DNA of 57,764 bases from Elusimicrobiota bacterium (GCA_027340875.1 DAIENX010000004.1:1-57764); one strand, 5' to 3'. Positions 9,257 through 19,260 are shown, numbered from the stretch's first letter. Numbers and translations are program-made. The notes: a model not told the origin generated them from the sequence alone.

Positions 9257-10268
9257 CGCCCTCCTCGTAGTAATAGGGCTCATCGCGCTGGCGCTGGTCT
9301 TCGACTTCCTGAACGGCTTCCACGACGCGGCGAACTCCATCGCCACCATAGTCTCCACCCGCGTCCTGACGCCGCGGCAGGCGGTCATCTGGGCCGCCTT
9401 CTTCAACGTGGTGGCGTTCTTCATCTTCGACCATTCGGTGGCGAAGACGATGGGGAAAGGCATAGTCGACCTGGCGGTCATAGACAACCACGTCGTCTTC
9501 GGCACATTGGCCGGGGCCTGCGTCTGGAACATCCTGACCTGGTATTTCGGCCTGCCGTCCAGCTCCTCTCACGCGCTGATGGGCGCGATGGCCGGCGCCG
9601 CTGTGGCTAAAGCGGGGACGATGCAGGTGCTGGTGATGTCCAGCATCATGAAGGTCCTGGCCTTCATAGTCATCTCGCCGGTGCTTGGTCTGCTGCTCGG
9701 CTTGTTCTTCGGCGTGGTCGTGTACCGGCTGTTCGCGCGCTCAATTCCCAGCAAGGTGGACCATCTGTTCAGGAAGGGCCAGCTGCTGTCCGCCGCTGCC
9801 TACAGCCTGGGCCATGGCGGCAACGACGCGCAGAAGACGATGGGCGTGATAGCCAGCCTGCTGGTCAGCGCGGGCTACCTGAACGCGGGTCCGGACGGTT
9901 CGCACTTCGATATACCGAAATGGGTGGCCGTCCTCTGCTACACTTCCATGGGTCTCGGGACGATGTTCGGAGGCTGGCGTATAGTCAAGACTCTCGGGCA
10001 TAAGATCTCCAAGCTCAAGCCGGTGGACGGTTTCTGCGCCGAGGCCGGGGCCGCCGCGACGCTGTACCTGGCTTCGGGGATGGGCGTGCCGGTCAGCACC
10101 ACCCATACCATTACCGGCGCTATCATGGGCGTGGGCACCATGAAGCGGTTCAGCGCCGTCAGGTGGGGAGTGGCTGGCCAGATAGTCTGGGCCTGGATAC
10201 TCACCATCCCCGGCTCCGCGGCCATCGCGGCCCTGGTATACGTTCTCTCGGCGTCGATGTTCCGCTGA
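9249..10268 (+). CDS. pit: Inorganic phosphate transporter (PiT family)
   Basis: NGFHDAANSIAT, LPSSSSHAL, HGGNDAQKTMG, PVSTTH. Confidence 0.95.
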   Translation: MDSALLVVIGLIALALVFDFLNGFHDAANSIATIVSTRVLTPRQAVIWAAFFNVVAFFIFDHSVAKTMGKGIVDLAVIDNHVVFGTLAGACVWNILTWYFGLPSSSSHALMGAMAGAAVAKAGTMQVLVMSSIMKVLAFIVISPVLGLLLGLFFGVVVYRLFARSIPSKVDHLFRKGQLLSAAAYSLGHGGNDAQKTMGVIASLLVSAGYLNAGPDGSHFDIPKWVAVLCYTSMGLGTMFGGWRIVKTLGHKISKLKPVDGFCAEAGAAATLYLASGMGVPVSTTHTITGAIMGVGTMKRFSAVRWGVAGQIVWAWILTIPGSAAIAALVYVLSASMFR

Positions 10269-10282
10269 AGGACTCTTCCGTT

Positions 10283-10320
10283 AAATGGAAAAGCCGCGCT
10301 AATGCGCGGCTTTTCCATTT
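10283..10320. terminator. Bidirectional terminator hairpin
   Basis: aaatggaaaagccgcgc-taat-gcgcggcttttccattt, a perfect 17-bp stem between convergent genes. Confidence 0.8.
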
Positions 10321-10331
10321 GCCCGCGGTGG

Positions 10332-11594
10332 CTAGCGACAGGAGGCGGCACGGCCGGCCAGGATACCGGACGTCCAGGCCAGGTGGAGGTTGTAGCCGCC
10401 CGAGTCGCCGTCGATATCCAGCAGTTCTCCGGTAACGTAGAGCCCGGGGACCTTCCGCGACTGGAAGGAGGCGGGGTCCACCTCTGCCGGCGGGCAGCCG
10501 CCGGCCGTCACCATGGCCTCGTCGAAGCCGCGGGTGCCGGTGATATTGAACGAGAAGCCCTTGAGCAGCGCGCCGAGGGCAGCGGGGGTCCCTGGGCCCG
10601 GAGGGGCGCCCCACTCGGCGCGCAGCCGGGCCGCCGCGGCCTTCATCAGTTTCTCGTTCAGCAGGCCGCAGGCGAAATGCCTGAAAGGGCGCCCGGGGAA
10701 GCGCCTGGCGCGTTCCTGCAGTGACGCCGCCAGCGCCGCGGAGGTGGCCTCGGGAAAGAAGTCCGCTTCGAGGCTGACCGGCCCGTCCTTAAGCGCTGCC
10801 AGGGCGGCGCGGCTCAGGTCCAGGGCGGCCGGGCCAGAAAGGCCGTACGAGGCGAACAGAAGTTCGCCCGCGGACTTCGCGCCCCGTCCGCGGCGCGGCT
10901 TCAGCTCCAGCGCGGCCTCCGTCCTCACGCCGTCCAGCTCCTTAAGGAGCGGGTCGTCGGAACGGAGCGGGACTATGGCCGGGGACAGCGGGGATACGGA
11001 GTGCCCGAGCGCGCGAAGCAGCGAATAGCCGGCCGTGGTCCCGCCTATCTGCGGATAGCAGGCGCCGCCGGCCGCCAACACCACGCGGGCAGCGCTGAAA
11101 GCGGTTCTCGCCCCCCGGGTCATGCGCCTTTCCCACTGCGGCGGAACGGCGCAGGACTCGACGCGGAAGCCGCCATCCCCAGGCGCGACCGCGACCGCCT
11201 CGGTCAGGGTCCGGAGAGTACCGCCGCGGAAGCCCAGCTCGTTCACCAGCACGGAGACCACGTCCTGCGCCTTCAAGGAGCGCGGGAAGAGGCGACCCCT
11301 GGAGTCCTCTGTCCAGAGAAGCCCCAGCTCGCGAAAAAAGGAGAGGACGCCCTGCGGCGGCAGGGCCGCGAAGGTCCTCTTAAGGAAGGCGGCGGCGGGC
11401 GGGTGGTACCTGTCGGGCGTTATGACCGAGTTCGTGAAGTTGCACTTGCCGGCCCCGGTGGAGAGGATCTTCCTTCCGGGCACGTGGTTCTTCTCGAGGA
11501 CGAGGACCGACGCGCCCGCGCGCGCGGCCTCCACGGCGGCCGCGAGGCCCGAGGCCCCGGCCCCGATAACTATCACGTCGTAAGAATCACTCAT
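10332..11594 (-). CDS. HI0933/BaiN family NAD(P)/FAD-dependent oxidoreductase
   Basis: GAGASG, GRKILSTGAGKCNFTN, AMVTAGG, GELLDIDGDSGGYNLHLAWTSG. Start at MSDSYDV (11594). Confidence 0.92.
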   Translation of the reverse strand: MSDSYDVIVIGAGASGLAAAVEAARAGASVLVLEKNHVPGRKILSTGAGKCNFTNSVITPDRYHPPAAAFLKRTFAALPPQGVLSFFRELGLLWTEDSRGRLFPRSLKAQDVVSVLVNELGFRGGTLRTLTEAVAVAPGDGGFRVESCAVPPQWERRMTRGARTAFSAARVVLAAGGACYPQIGGTTAGYSLLRALGHSVSPLSPAIVPLRSDDPLLKELDGVRTEAALELKPRRGRGAKSAGELLFASYGLSGPAALDLSRAALAALKDGPVSLEADFFPEATSAALAASLQERARRFPGRPFRHFACGLLNEKLMKAAAARLRAEWGAPPGPGTPAALGALLKGFSFNITGTRGFDEAMVTAGGCPPAEVDPASFQSRKVPGLYVTGELLDIDGDSGGYNLHLAWTSGILAGRAASCR

Positions 11595-11607
11595 ATTACA
11601 GAAGCGA

Positions 11608-11792
11608 CACGGGAGCAGGAGAGCAAAACCGCGCGGACCGAAGCCGCTTCGTAGCGCGGCGAGGGGATGGAGCAAAGCGACAGTTCTCCGCGACGAGGCG
11701 CGCGCACGGTGGCCGCCTGAGACGCATTGCGCCTGTTACGGCACGGCCATTGGCCAGTGCGCGACGCCGTGTTTTGCGTTCCTGTTCCCGTG
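11608..11792. repeat. Structured intergenic element, copy A (core 11632-11711)
   Basis: Imperfect 22-nt terminal inverted repeat (cacgggagcaggagagcaaaac / gttttgcgttcctgttcccgtg). Core is ~81% identical to 31863-31943 by manual alignment. Confidence 0.75.
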
Positions 11793-11796
11793 GAGG

Positions 11797-12774
11797 CTAC
11801 GCCCGGCCGGCCGAGCCGAGAACGTTGGCGTTCTTGTCCATGTACATCTTGACGAGCTCGTCGCGGGCGGGGCCCAGGTACTTGCGCGGATCGAACTCGG
11901 CGGGTTTCTCGGAGAAGACCTTGCGGACCATCGCGGTCATCACGAGGCGGCCGTCGGAGTCGATGTTGATCTTGCAGACGGCGGACTTCGCCGCCTTGCG
12001 CAGCTGCTCGGCCGGCACGCCCACGGCGTTCTCCATCTTGCCGCCGTACTTGTTGATCATGTTTATGTAGTCCGTCAGCACCGAGGAGGCGCCGTGCAGG
12101 ACTATCGGGAAGCCGGGGATGCGCTTCTCGCATTCCTCGAGGATGTCGAAGCGCAGCGGCGGCACGCTCTCGCCGGGCTTCACCTTGAACTTATAGGCGC
12201 CATGGCTGGTGCCGATGGAGATGGCCAGCGAGTCCACGCCGGTCTTTTTCACGAAGTCCTCGACCTGCGCCGGATCGGTGTAATGGGAGTGCTCCGCCTG
12301 CACCTCGTCCTCTATGCCGGCCAGCACTCCGAGCTCGCCCTCCACGGTGACGTCGAACTTGTGCGCGTACTCCACCACCTGCTTGGTGATCTCTACGTTC
12401 TTCTCATAGGGGTGGTGGGAGGCGTCTATCATCACCGAGGAGAAGCCGCTGTCGATGCAGGACTTGCAGAGCTCGAACGTGTCGCCGTGATCGAGGTGGA
12501 GCGCCACCGGCACGGGGCCGTCCTTCATCTCCTTCATCATTTCGAGCGCGCCGCGGCCCATCCAGCGCAGCAGCGTGGAGTTCGCGTAGTCGCGAGCGCC
12601 CTTGGAGACCTGCAGTATCACCGGGGAGCGGGAGCGGGAACAGGCGGTGAGTATCGCCTGCAGCTGCTCCATGTTGTTGAAATTATAGGCGGGAACGGCA
12701 TAGCCGTCCTTCATCGCTTTCTTGAACATCTCGCGGGTGTTGACGAAACCGAGCTCCTTGTAAGATACCGGCAT
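11797..12774 (-). CDS. fba: Class II fructose-1,6-bisphosphate aldolase
   Basis: ALHLDHG, VEGELGVLAGIED, AISIGTSHGAYKF, VLHGASSV, KINIDSDGR. Confidence 0.97.
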   Translation of the reverse strand: MPVSYKELGFVNTREMFKKAMKDGYAVPAYNFNNMEQLQAILTACSRSRSPVILQVSKGARDYANSTLLRWMGRGALEMMKEMKDGPVPVALHLDHGDTFELCKSCIDSGFSSVMIDASHHPYEKNVEITKQVVEYAHKFDVTVEGELGVLAGIEDEVQAEHSHYTDPAQVEDFVKKTGVDSLAISIGTSHGAYKFKVKPGESVPPLRFDILEECEKRIPGFPIVLHGASSVLTDYINMINKYGGKMENAVGVPAEQLRKAAKSAVCKINIDSDGRLVMTAMVRKVFSEKPAEFDPRKYLGPARDELVKMYMDKNANVLGSAGRA

Positions 12775-12939
12775 ATTTCCTCCTTCTGGGATCTGTTATG
12801 GCTATTATATGAATTAAAATGCGGCAGTCAAACCTGCATTTTCCCTCGTAAATTTGATAAAATATATACGTTCGCTTTCCGCGAGGGGAGCTGCAAGCCC
12901 GGCCTTGCGCCGGCTCATCCAGGGGACAACGGAGGGAAC

Positions 12940-13389
12940 ATGCAGCAGCAGGAGAAGCCGTATCTTACCGGTAGGACTTTCTTATTCAGCATACATAAAG
13001 GTGAGGACCTGCTGCAGGCCATCCAGTATTTCTGTCACCATCACCAGGTGCGCTGCGGACTGCTCAGCGGCATCGGGGCGGTCGAGCGGGCGATCGTGAC
13101 GATCTACGACCAGAAGGCCAAGAAATACAACAAGGTCACCCTCGAGAAGGAGCTGGAGATACTCTCCCTCTGCGGCAACGTCAGTCTCTTCGACGACAAG
13201 CCCATGGTCCACGCGCACGCCACGTTCTCCGACGCCGAGGGCAAGGCCTTCGGCGGGCATCTCATCGCCGGGACCAGGGTCTTCAGCTGCGAGGTCTTCG
13301 TGCAGGAGCTTACGGGCGACATCAAGGTCCGAAAACTGGAGAAGGCTACCCAACTCCCCCTCTGGCCGAACCCCGTCTGCCTGAAGTAG
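12940..13389 (+). CDS. DUF296/PPC domain protein
   Basis: GEDL, SGIGAV, EILSLCGNVS, HAHATFS...GGHL. RBS GGAGGG before ATG 12940. Confidence 0.9.
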   Translation: MQQQEKPYLTGRTFLFSIHKGEDLLQAIQYFCHHHQVRCGLLSGIGAVERAIVTIYDQKAKKYNKVTLEKELEILSLCGNVSLFDDKPMVHAHATFSDAEGKAFGGHLIAGTRVFSCEVFVQELTGDIKVRKLEKATQLPLWPNPVCLK

Positions 13390-13393
13390 TGCC

Positions 13394-14326
13394 GTGAAAG
13401 GAACGGATCCCGCCGGGGAGGAGGACTATACGGGCTTCAGGGCCGGTTTCGTACCGATAACCGGCCTCCCGAACGCCGGCAAGTCCACGCTGATGAACGC
13501 CCTCTGCGGCACCCGGCTCTCGATAATCTCGGACAAGCCCCAGACCACCAGGAACAACATCCTGGGCATTCTCAACGCGCCGGGCGTGCAGGCCGTCTTC
13601 GTGGACACGCCCGGCTTCCTGCGCGGCCGCAACCTTTTCGAACGCAGCATGGCCGGCGCGATAAAGCGAGCGGCCGCGGAGGAAGGCGACCTCTGCATAT
13701 TGATAACCGAGCCGGGCCTGCCGCCGGAGGACAAGGTCCCCCTTTTCGAACCCCTTAAGAAGCTGTCCTGCCCGCTTTATCTCGCCGTCAACAAGCTCGA
13801 CAAGGAGAAGAACCCTGAGAGGACCAAGGCCACGGCCGATTTCTTCTCCAAGCTGCTCCCCGTTAAGCAGGTCTTCCTGATCTCGGCCCTCACCGGGGGC
13901 GGGCTCAAGGAGCTGCGGGCGGCCATCAAGGCCGCGCTCCCGGAACATCCCCCGTATTATCCGCAGGACCAGCTCACCGACCGCTGGGAGAAGTTCTACG
14001 TGGCCGAGATCATCCGCGAGCAGATCTTCCGCCTCTACTCGCAGGAGGTGCCCTATTCCTCCGCGGTGGAGATCGAGGTCTTCAGGGAAGAGAAGGGCCG
14101 CGACGACCAGATCCTCGCGGCCATCCACGTGGCCAGGGCGGGCCAAAAGCCGATAATCATCGGCCGGGGCGGCTCCATGATAAAACGCCTCAGGGAAGCC
14201 GCCGCCAAGGCCATCACCGCGTTCCTGCGCCGCCCCGTCGAGCTGCACCTCACCGTCAAGGTGACCCCCGGCTGGCAGGACAACCCCGCTTTCCTGAAAG
14301 AGATAGGCTTCTATGAAAAGAAGTGA
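13394..14326 (+). CDS. era: GTPase Era
   Basis: GLPNAGKST, KPQTTR, DTPG, NKLD, EIIREQIF...EVPYS, KH domain IIIGRGG. Confidence 0.96.
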   Translation: MKGTDPAGEEDYTGFRAGFVPITGLPNAGKSTLMNALCGTRLSIISDKPQTTRNNILGILNAPGVQAVFVDTPGFLRGRNLFERSMAGAIKRAAAEEGDLCILITEPGLPPEDKVPLFEPLKKLSCPLYLAVNKLDKEKNPERTKATADFFSKLLPVKQVFLISALTGGGLKELRAAIKAALPEHPPYYPQDQLTDRWEKFYVAEIIREQIFRLYSQEVPYSSAVEIEVFREEKGRDDQILAAIHVARAGQKPIIIGRGGSMIKRLREAAAKAITAFLRRPVELHLTVKVTPGWQDNPAFLKEIGFYEKK

Positions 14327-14777
14327 GGACGAGCTGGCGCTTTACGCCATGCTCGGCTACCTGGCGGCCTCGCTGCTGGCGACCGTTCTGCTGCTGCTGG
14401 CGGCCCTCGCCGCGATGAAGGCGGTATTCGCGGCGGCGCGCTTCCTGCTGGGCCCGCGGGAAGTATACTGGCTGAAGCCGGCGCTGTACGATTCCGTCGG
14501 TTTCGCCGCGGCCGCCGCCGGCACCGCGCTGCTCCAGTACCTTTCTATCTCTCTCCTCAGGACGCTGCTCCGGGACCAGGCCTTCCTCTCGGCCCTGGTG
14601 GCCTTCTGCGCGCTCTTCTGCGGCCTGCTGTTCTGGCGCGGGGCGCTGTTCTCCCCCCTCGGGGCGTACGGCTTCTCGGGGCTGGCCGTGACGCTCTCCG
14701 CGCTGATCGGCGGCCTTGCCGCCGTGTTCCAGAAAGCCTCCGATAACCCCTGGCAGGGGTACTCCTACCGTAAATAG
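14313..14777 (+). CDS. Hypothetical membrane protein
   Basis: About four hydrophobic segments; overlaps the era stop. Confidence 0.65.
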   Translation: MKRSEDELALYAMLGYLAASLLATVLLLLAALAAMKAVFAAARFLLGPREVYWLKPALYDSVGFAAAAAGTALLQYLSISLLRTLLRDQAFLSALVAFCALFCGLLFWRGALFSPLGAYGFSGLAVTLSALIGGLAAVFQKASDNPWQGYSYRK

Positions 14778-15803
14778 CTATCCCCAGACGCCCGGCAGCC
14801 TGGCGCCGCAGGGACAGACCCCGCCCGGGGAGATCAGGTTGGATGTTACCGAAAATCCGTCGCGAGTGATCACTGCCCGCCCGCAGCAGGGGCAGACGGT
14901 GTCCTGCCCTCTTGCCCCGTGGATGTTGCCGCAGTACACGTAGCGCAGCCCCGCCGCCAAGGCGAGCTCCCTGGCCCTGTAAAGGGCGGAGGCGCGCGTG
15001 GGAGGCGTGTCGGTCATCTTGTGGTCCGGATGGAAGGCTGTCAGGTGCCACGGGATGTCCGCTGAAAGGCCGGCCAGGAAGGCGGCCATGGCCGACACCT
15101 CGGCATCGGAGTCGTTGAAGCCGGGGATCAGCAGCGTCACCACCTCCAGCCAGAACCCCCGTTCCTTGATCAGCCGTATGCCGTCCAGCACGCGGTCGAG
15201 CCGCGCGCCGCAGACGCGCGAGTATTTCTGCGCGTCGAAGGTCTTAAGGTCCACCTTCCAGAGGTCCATCACCGGCCGGAGCAGGTCCGCCGCCTCGGGC
15301 GTGGCGTAGCCGTTCGAGACGAACCCCGCGCGCAGGCCCCTCTTCTTCCCCTCCGCGAAGATCTCCGCGGCCCACTCGGCCGTGATCAGCGGCTCGTTGT
15401 AAGTGGAGACGAGCACTTTCGCTCCGGAGGAGGCCGCCAGCTCGGCGAGCCCGGCCGCAGAGACCTTCTCGGCCCCGGCGGCGGAGGCGGTCCTGGCGTC
15501 CGAGATGTTCCAGTTCTGGCAGAAAGCGCAGCGGAAATTGCACCCGAACATGCCGAAGGAGAGCGTGCGGGCGCCGGGCAGGACATGGAAGAACGGCTTT
15601 TTCTCTATCGGGTCAGGAGAGGCGCCGGAAACGTAGCCCCAGGGAGCAATAAGCCTGCCGCCGACGTTCGCGCGAACGCCGCAGATCCCGTCCCTGCCGT
15701 CAGGCAGGACGCACCGGTGCGCGCAGGCAAGACAGCGCACCCGGCCGCCGGGGAGGTTCTCCGCCAGCGCGGCTTCTCGGGTCAGCTGCGGCAGGAGCGG
15801 CAT
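14778..15803 (-). CDS. amrS: AmmeMemoRadiSam system radical SAM enzyme
   Basis: CLACAHRC...GICGVR, DPIEKKPFFH, GCNFRCAFCQNWNIS, TYNEP, C-terminal CPCC. Confidence 0.92.
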   Translation of the reverse strand: MPLLPQLTREAALAENLPGGRVRCLACAHRCVLPDGRDGICGVRANVGGRLIAPWGYVSGASPDPIEKKPFFHVLPGARTLSFGMFGCNFRCAFCQNWNISDARTASAAGAEKVSAAGLAELAASSGAKVLVSTYNEPLITAEWAAEIFAEGKKRGLRAGFVSNGYATPEAADLLRPVMDLWKVDLKTFDAQKYSRVCGARLDRVLDGIRLIKERGFWLEVVTLLIPGFNDSDAEVSAMAAFLAGLSADIPWHLTAFHPDHKMTDTPPTRASALYRARELALAAGLRYVYCGNIHGARGQDTVCPCCGRAVITRDGFSVTSNLISPGGVCPCGARLPGVWG

Positions 15804-16699
15804 CAGCCCCCCGGCCGGCTCTGCTTTGGAGCGATCACCCTGAGGGCTGACGGCAGCGCGGTGAATTTAATCTTCCCGTCGTGGGAATAGAAATCCTCCC
15901 CGTCCAGATGGTACCAGGCACCGCCGCCGCAGTCCATCTCTATGACGCGGCCTTTGAGGGAGGAATAGATATCGGTGTAGTCCGGCAGGTTCCCCCTGAA
16001 CAGGGCCGCGGCGGCCGGGAGCATCCGGGTCAGCCGCGGCCTTTTAACTGAGACGAAATCCAGGAACCCGTCGTCAATGTACGCTCCGGGGGCCATGCGG
16101 GCGCCGCCGCCGTACTGGACGCCGTTCAGGACGGCGTTCACGATGGCCGTCATCTCGAGGCGCCTGCCGTCCACCGTTACGGTCACCGGCGTCGGGCTGT
16201 AGGAGAGGAAGCGCTTGGCGGCGTGCCAGACGTAAGGGAGTATGCCCCGCCGCGAGCTGAGCGCGTTGAAATCCCTGGCCACCTCGGCGTCCAGCCCTAC
16301 GCCCGCAGCGCAGAAGAAAGGCCTGCCGTTGGCGAGTCCCGCGTCCACGGGGCGGGGCTCCCACTCGAGCAGCCCGGCCAGCGCCTCGTCGAAGCGCAGC
16401 GGAATATAGAGATTGCGGGCCAGGCCGTTGCCCGAGCCGCAGGGCAGTATGCCTAGGGCGGCAGGCTTTCCCACCAGGGCGGACGCGGTCTCGCGTATAG
16501 TCCCGTCCCCGCCCACCGCCACCACCGTAGTGAACCCGGAGAGGGCGGCCTTGGCCGAGAGTTCCGCGGCGTGGTCGCGGGCCTTGGTGAATTCAGCCTC
16601 GAAGCGCAGCCTGCGCCCCGAGAAGAAACGCTCTATCGCTCCCAGGACGTCGCCGTGCTTCATTCCCGCCCTGGGGTTGATCACGAAGAAATAGGACAT
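15803..16699 (-). CDS. Diacylglycerol/lipid kinase family (YegS/BmrU)
   Basis: INPRAG, GGDGT, PCGSGNGLAR, GVGLDA, YGGG, DGE. Confidence 0.93.
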   Translation of the reverse strand: MSYFFVINPRAGMKHGDVLGAIERFFSGRRLRFEAEFTKARDHAAELSAKAALSGFTTVVAVGGDGTIRETASALVGKPAALGILPCGSGNGLARNLYIPLRFDEALAGLLEWEPRPVDAGLANGRPFFCAAGVGLDAEVARDFNALSSRRGILPYVWHAAKRFLSYSPTPVTVTVDGRRLEMTAIVNAVLNGVQYGGGARMAPGAYIDDGFLDFVSVKRPRLTRMLPAAAALFRGNLPDYTDIYSSLKGRVIEMDCGGGAWYHLDGEDFYSHDGKIKFTALPSALRVIAPKQSRPGG

Positions 16700-16700
16700 G

Positions 16701-17342
16701 CTATTCCACCGCGCTGAGCCCGGTGGCCCAGTCGGCCTTGCCGCCGGTGGGCTCGATGGAAAGCAGCTTATTGCCGGAGGTCGGGTCGCCGGAGGAGCAC
16801 AGGAAACGCACGCTGTAGGAGTAGCCTATGCGCAGGTCCGGTTTGTCGCCCAGCTCGCCGTAATCGTCCACATACAGGTAGTCGACCTTCTTCCCGGGGC
16901 CGGTGCGGACCAGGTTGAGGCGCCAGCCGTTACCGGTCTTCCTGGCCGTTATCATCTGGAGTTCGAGGACCAGCTCCCGACCCTCATACGGGCCGGGAGA
17001 GGAGAAGAAATCGTCGGGGGACGTCTTGGCGGCCGGGCGGGTGGAGGCCACCGGTTCTATCACCGCCGCCTCTCCGGGGTCCTTCTCGTCCGCGGCCGGC
17101 TCTTCCTCCGGAGCCTGGGCGGGGCGCGCTGTCTCCGGCGCGGCCGGTTCTTCCTCGGCGCCCGTCTCCGGGACATAGGGGGCCTGTGGCTCCTGCTGGA
17201 CCGCCGACTGCCGGGCGGAGCGGTAGGAAGGCTGGGCGGGCTCGGCGGGAGGAGAGAAGCGCTCCTTGATAATAAAGCCCAGAACTATCCCCGCGATGAA
17301 CAACAGCAGCGTGTTCAGGAACCTCAGCCGGAAGAAATCCAT
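16701..17342 (-). CDS. Hypothetical membrane-anchored protein with P/A/E-rich linker
   Basis: N-terminal TM, low-complexity stalk, C-terminal beta-rich (OB-like) domain. Coupled to the kinase gene. Confidence 0.7.
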   Translation of the reverse strand: MDFFRLRFLNTLLLFIAGIVLGFIIKERFSPPAEPAQPSYRSARQSAVQQEPQAPYVPETGAEEEPAAPETARPAQAPEEEPAADEKDPGEAAVIEPVASTRPAAKTSPDDFFSSPGPYEGRELVLELQMITARKTGNGWRLNLVRTGPGKKVDYLYVDDYGELGDKPDLRIGYSYSVRFLCSSGDPTSGNKLLSIEPTGGKADWATGLSAVE

Positions 17343-17399
17343 AACGGGATTTTATAATATTTGCGCTATATTGTATATTTGGGTATGGAGGGAGACAAT

Positions 17400-18131
17400 A
17401 TGAGGATATTCCTTATCACGGCCCTGCTGGCGCTGCCAGCAGCGATGAACGCGGCCGAAACGGCATGCATATACCAGCTGCAGGGCAGCGTGGAGGTGCG
17501 GAAGGCGGGCGAGGAGGACTGGCTGAAGGCGGTGAAAGGCCTGCCGCTCCGGCAGGGAGATTCGCTGAGGACCGGCGGCCGGTCCTGGTGCGAGATGCTG
17601 CTGCGCGACGGCACCTTTATCCGGCTCGACCAGAACTCCGAGACCGGCGCGGAAGAGCTGAGGGCGGACGACGAAGGGCGCGCTTTCGGTTTCTCCTTCC
17701 TGAAAGGCAGGGCGGTGTGGCTGGTCGCCAAGCTGAAAGGGAAGGTCCTTTCCCGGTTCACGGTACGCACCCCTTCGGCCGTTTGCGCCGTCCGGGGCAC
17801 CGAATTCGCAGTCAGCGTCTCTACGGACGGAGCGTCGCAGGTCGGGCTCTTCGAGGGTAAAGTGGCCCTGACCTCGGGCGCCGCGGAGAAGGAACTGGTC
17901 CCGGGCCAGGAAGCGGCCCTCTCCCGCGGCGAGGTGGCCGTGGCGGCGAGGCTTTCCAGGCTGATGAAGGCGGAGGAGAAGCGCTGCGCCGCCCTCAGGG
18001 GACGGGTGGAGAAGCTGCGCGCCCGCCTGGCCGCCAGACAGGACTTCCTGGACAGCTACGCGGAGAGCCAGCGCGCCAGGATCGAGGATTTCGAGAAGCG
18101 CCGCGCCGAGAAGTTGAAGGCCCGCCAGTAA
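17400..18131 (+). CDS. FecR domain-containing exported protein
   Basis: GDSLRTG, LRDGTFIRLDQNS, VRTPSAVCAVRGTEF, LFEGKV, coiled-coil C-terminus. RBS GGAGGGAG. Confidence 0.88.
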   Translation: MRIFLITALLALPAAMNAAETACIYQLQGSVEVRKAGEEDWLKAVKGLPLRQGDSLRTGGRSWCEMLLRDGTFIRLDQNSETGAEELRADDEGRAFGFSFLKGRAVWLVAKLKGKVLSRFTVRTPSAVCAVRGTEFAVSVSTDGASQVGLFEGKVALTSGAAEKELVPGQEAALSRGEVAVAARLSRLMKAEEKRCAALRGRVEKLRARLAARQDFLDSYAESQRARIEDFEKRRAEKLKARQ

Positions 18132-18144
18132 GCGGCATGCCAGC

Positions 18145-18176
18145 AAAAAAGAGGCCGGGCATTTCCCGGCCTCTTT
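18145..18176. terminator. Rho-independent terminator between convergent units
   Basis: aaaaaagaggccggg-cattt-cccggcctcttt. Confidence 0.8.
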
Positions 18177-18194
18177 CGTTATTGCCGCGGCCGG

Positions 18195-19256
18195 CTACTG
18201 CAGTTCCGCGTCCAGCGAGTAGGAGGAGGTCCTGCTCACCTTTACCGGGCGCTTGGGGTTCTTCATCAGGAGCTGCGACAGGTCAGCCGCGCCGCCGCGG
18301 TGCATGGCGACGTCGAACACGGCCGTGCCGCCATCGAAAGACCTCACCCAGGAGGCCCGGACCGCGGGGATGTTGCGCAGTATCTTGGTGAAATCGCTCA
18401 GGTCGTTCATATCCCTGACATTGGAGAGGTTGAGCCTCACCATGCTGCGCTCGCGCAAGGCGGCGAGTATCTTCTGCGTGAGCGGGCCGGCCGCCTTCTT
18501 GGCGGCGTTTATCAGCGAAGCCCTGGCCGCGGCCTGCTCGTTGAGATCTATGCCGCCGGCGGAGTCCTGCACCGAGGCCAGCGTTTCGTTGGAGCCCTGC
18601 TTCACGGCCGACAGCGAGATGCCCGCCCTGTAAGAGACGAAGCCGCCGAGGCCTTCCTTGGTGTTGAAGGAGGTCTGCGCGGTACCGCTGACTACGATAT
18701 CCGCCTTGTCCTTCTCCCCCGTCAGGAAACCCGCCTCCGCGAACTTATCCTTGAGCTGCAGGGCGGCGAAGTCCCCCTTCAGAGGGGCGCCGTCCGCCGT
18801 CTCGGCCACGTCGAAGCCTATGACCGGGTTGCCGAGCTTCTGGGGCTCGGGCTCCAGCGCGCTCAGCTTGGCGGCCAGGTCCTCCTTGCGGACATGGGCG
18901 CGGATGCGGGTCTTGTAGAAGTCGCCGTCCCGCCATTCCTTGAGGGTCTCGTACTTCTCTATGTACCCCTCGGTCCTGGACGTGATGCTGTCGTCGATCA
19001 GGACCGCCTTGGAGACGAGAGCGTCCTGCGAGACGTAGACGCCGACGACCAGGCCCAGGGCGTTCTTCATGGCCTCGCCGAGGGCCGTCTTGCGGGCGCC
19101 TTCGACGTCCCCGTTGACCACGGGGGCCATGCCCTCGGCCTCCACGACCTCGGTCTCGTAGGCCGGGTTGAGGGAGCTCTTCCTGGTGCCGCCGCAGCCG
19201 GCGGCCGCCAGGAAGGCGGCCGCCAGCAGCGCGCGGGAGATGCCGGTCCTGGTCAC
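18195..19256 (-). CDS. Lipoprotein with FlgT N-terminal-like domain
   Basis: Lipobox AAAGC; VEAEGMAP...ARKTALGEAMKNAL...GVYVSQDALV...DDSITSRTEGYIEKY. Confidence 0.75.
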   Translation of the reverse strand: MTRTGISRALLAAAFLAAAGCGGTRKSSLNPAYETEVVEAEGMAPVVNGDVEGARKTALGEAMKNALGLVVGVYVSQDALVSKAVLIDDSITSRTEGYIEKYETLKEWRDGDFYKTRIRAHVRKEDLAAKLSALEPEPQKLGNPVIGFDVAETADGAPLKGDFAALQLKDKFAEAGFLTGEKDKADIVVSGTAQTSFNTKEGLGGFVSYRAGISLSAVKQGSNETLASVQDSAGGIDLNEQAAARASLINAAKKAAGPLTQKILAALRERSMVRLNLSNVRDMNDLSDFTKILRNIPAVRASWVRSFDGGTAVFDVAMHRGGAADLSQLLMKNPKRPVKVSRTSSYSLDAELQ

Positions 19257-19260
19257 GTGA

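Noticed and set aside
11595..11675. N-terminal extension of the HI0933 protein into the repeat
   Set aside because: The Rossmann motif starts right after Met 11594; the extension is translated repeat sequence.
14778..15803. Complete AmmeMemoRadiSam system
   Set aside because: Only amrS is present. Partners A and B are often encoded elsewhere, so this is unremarkable.
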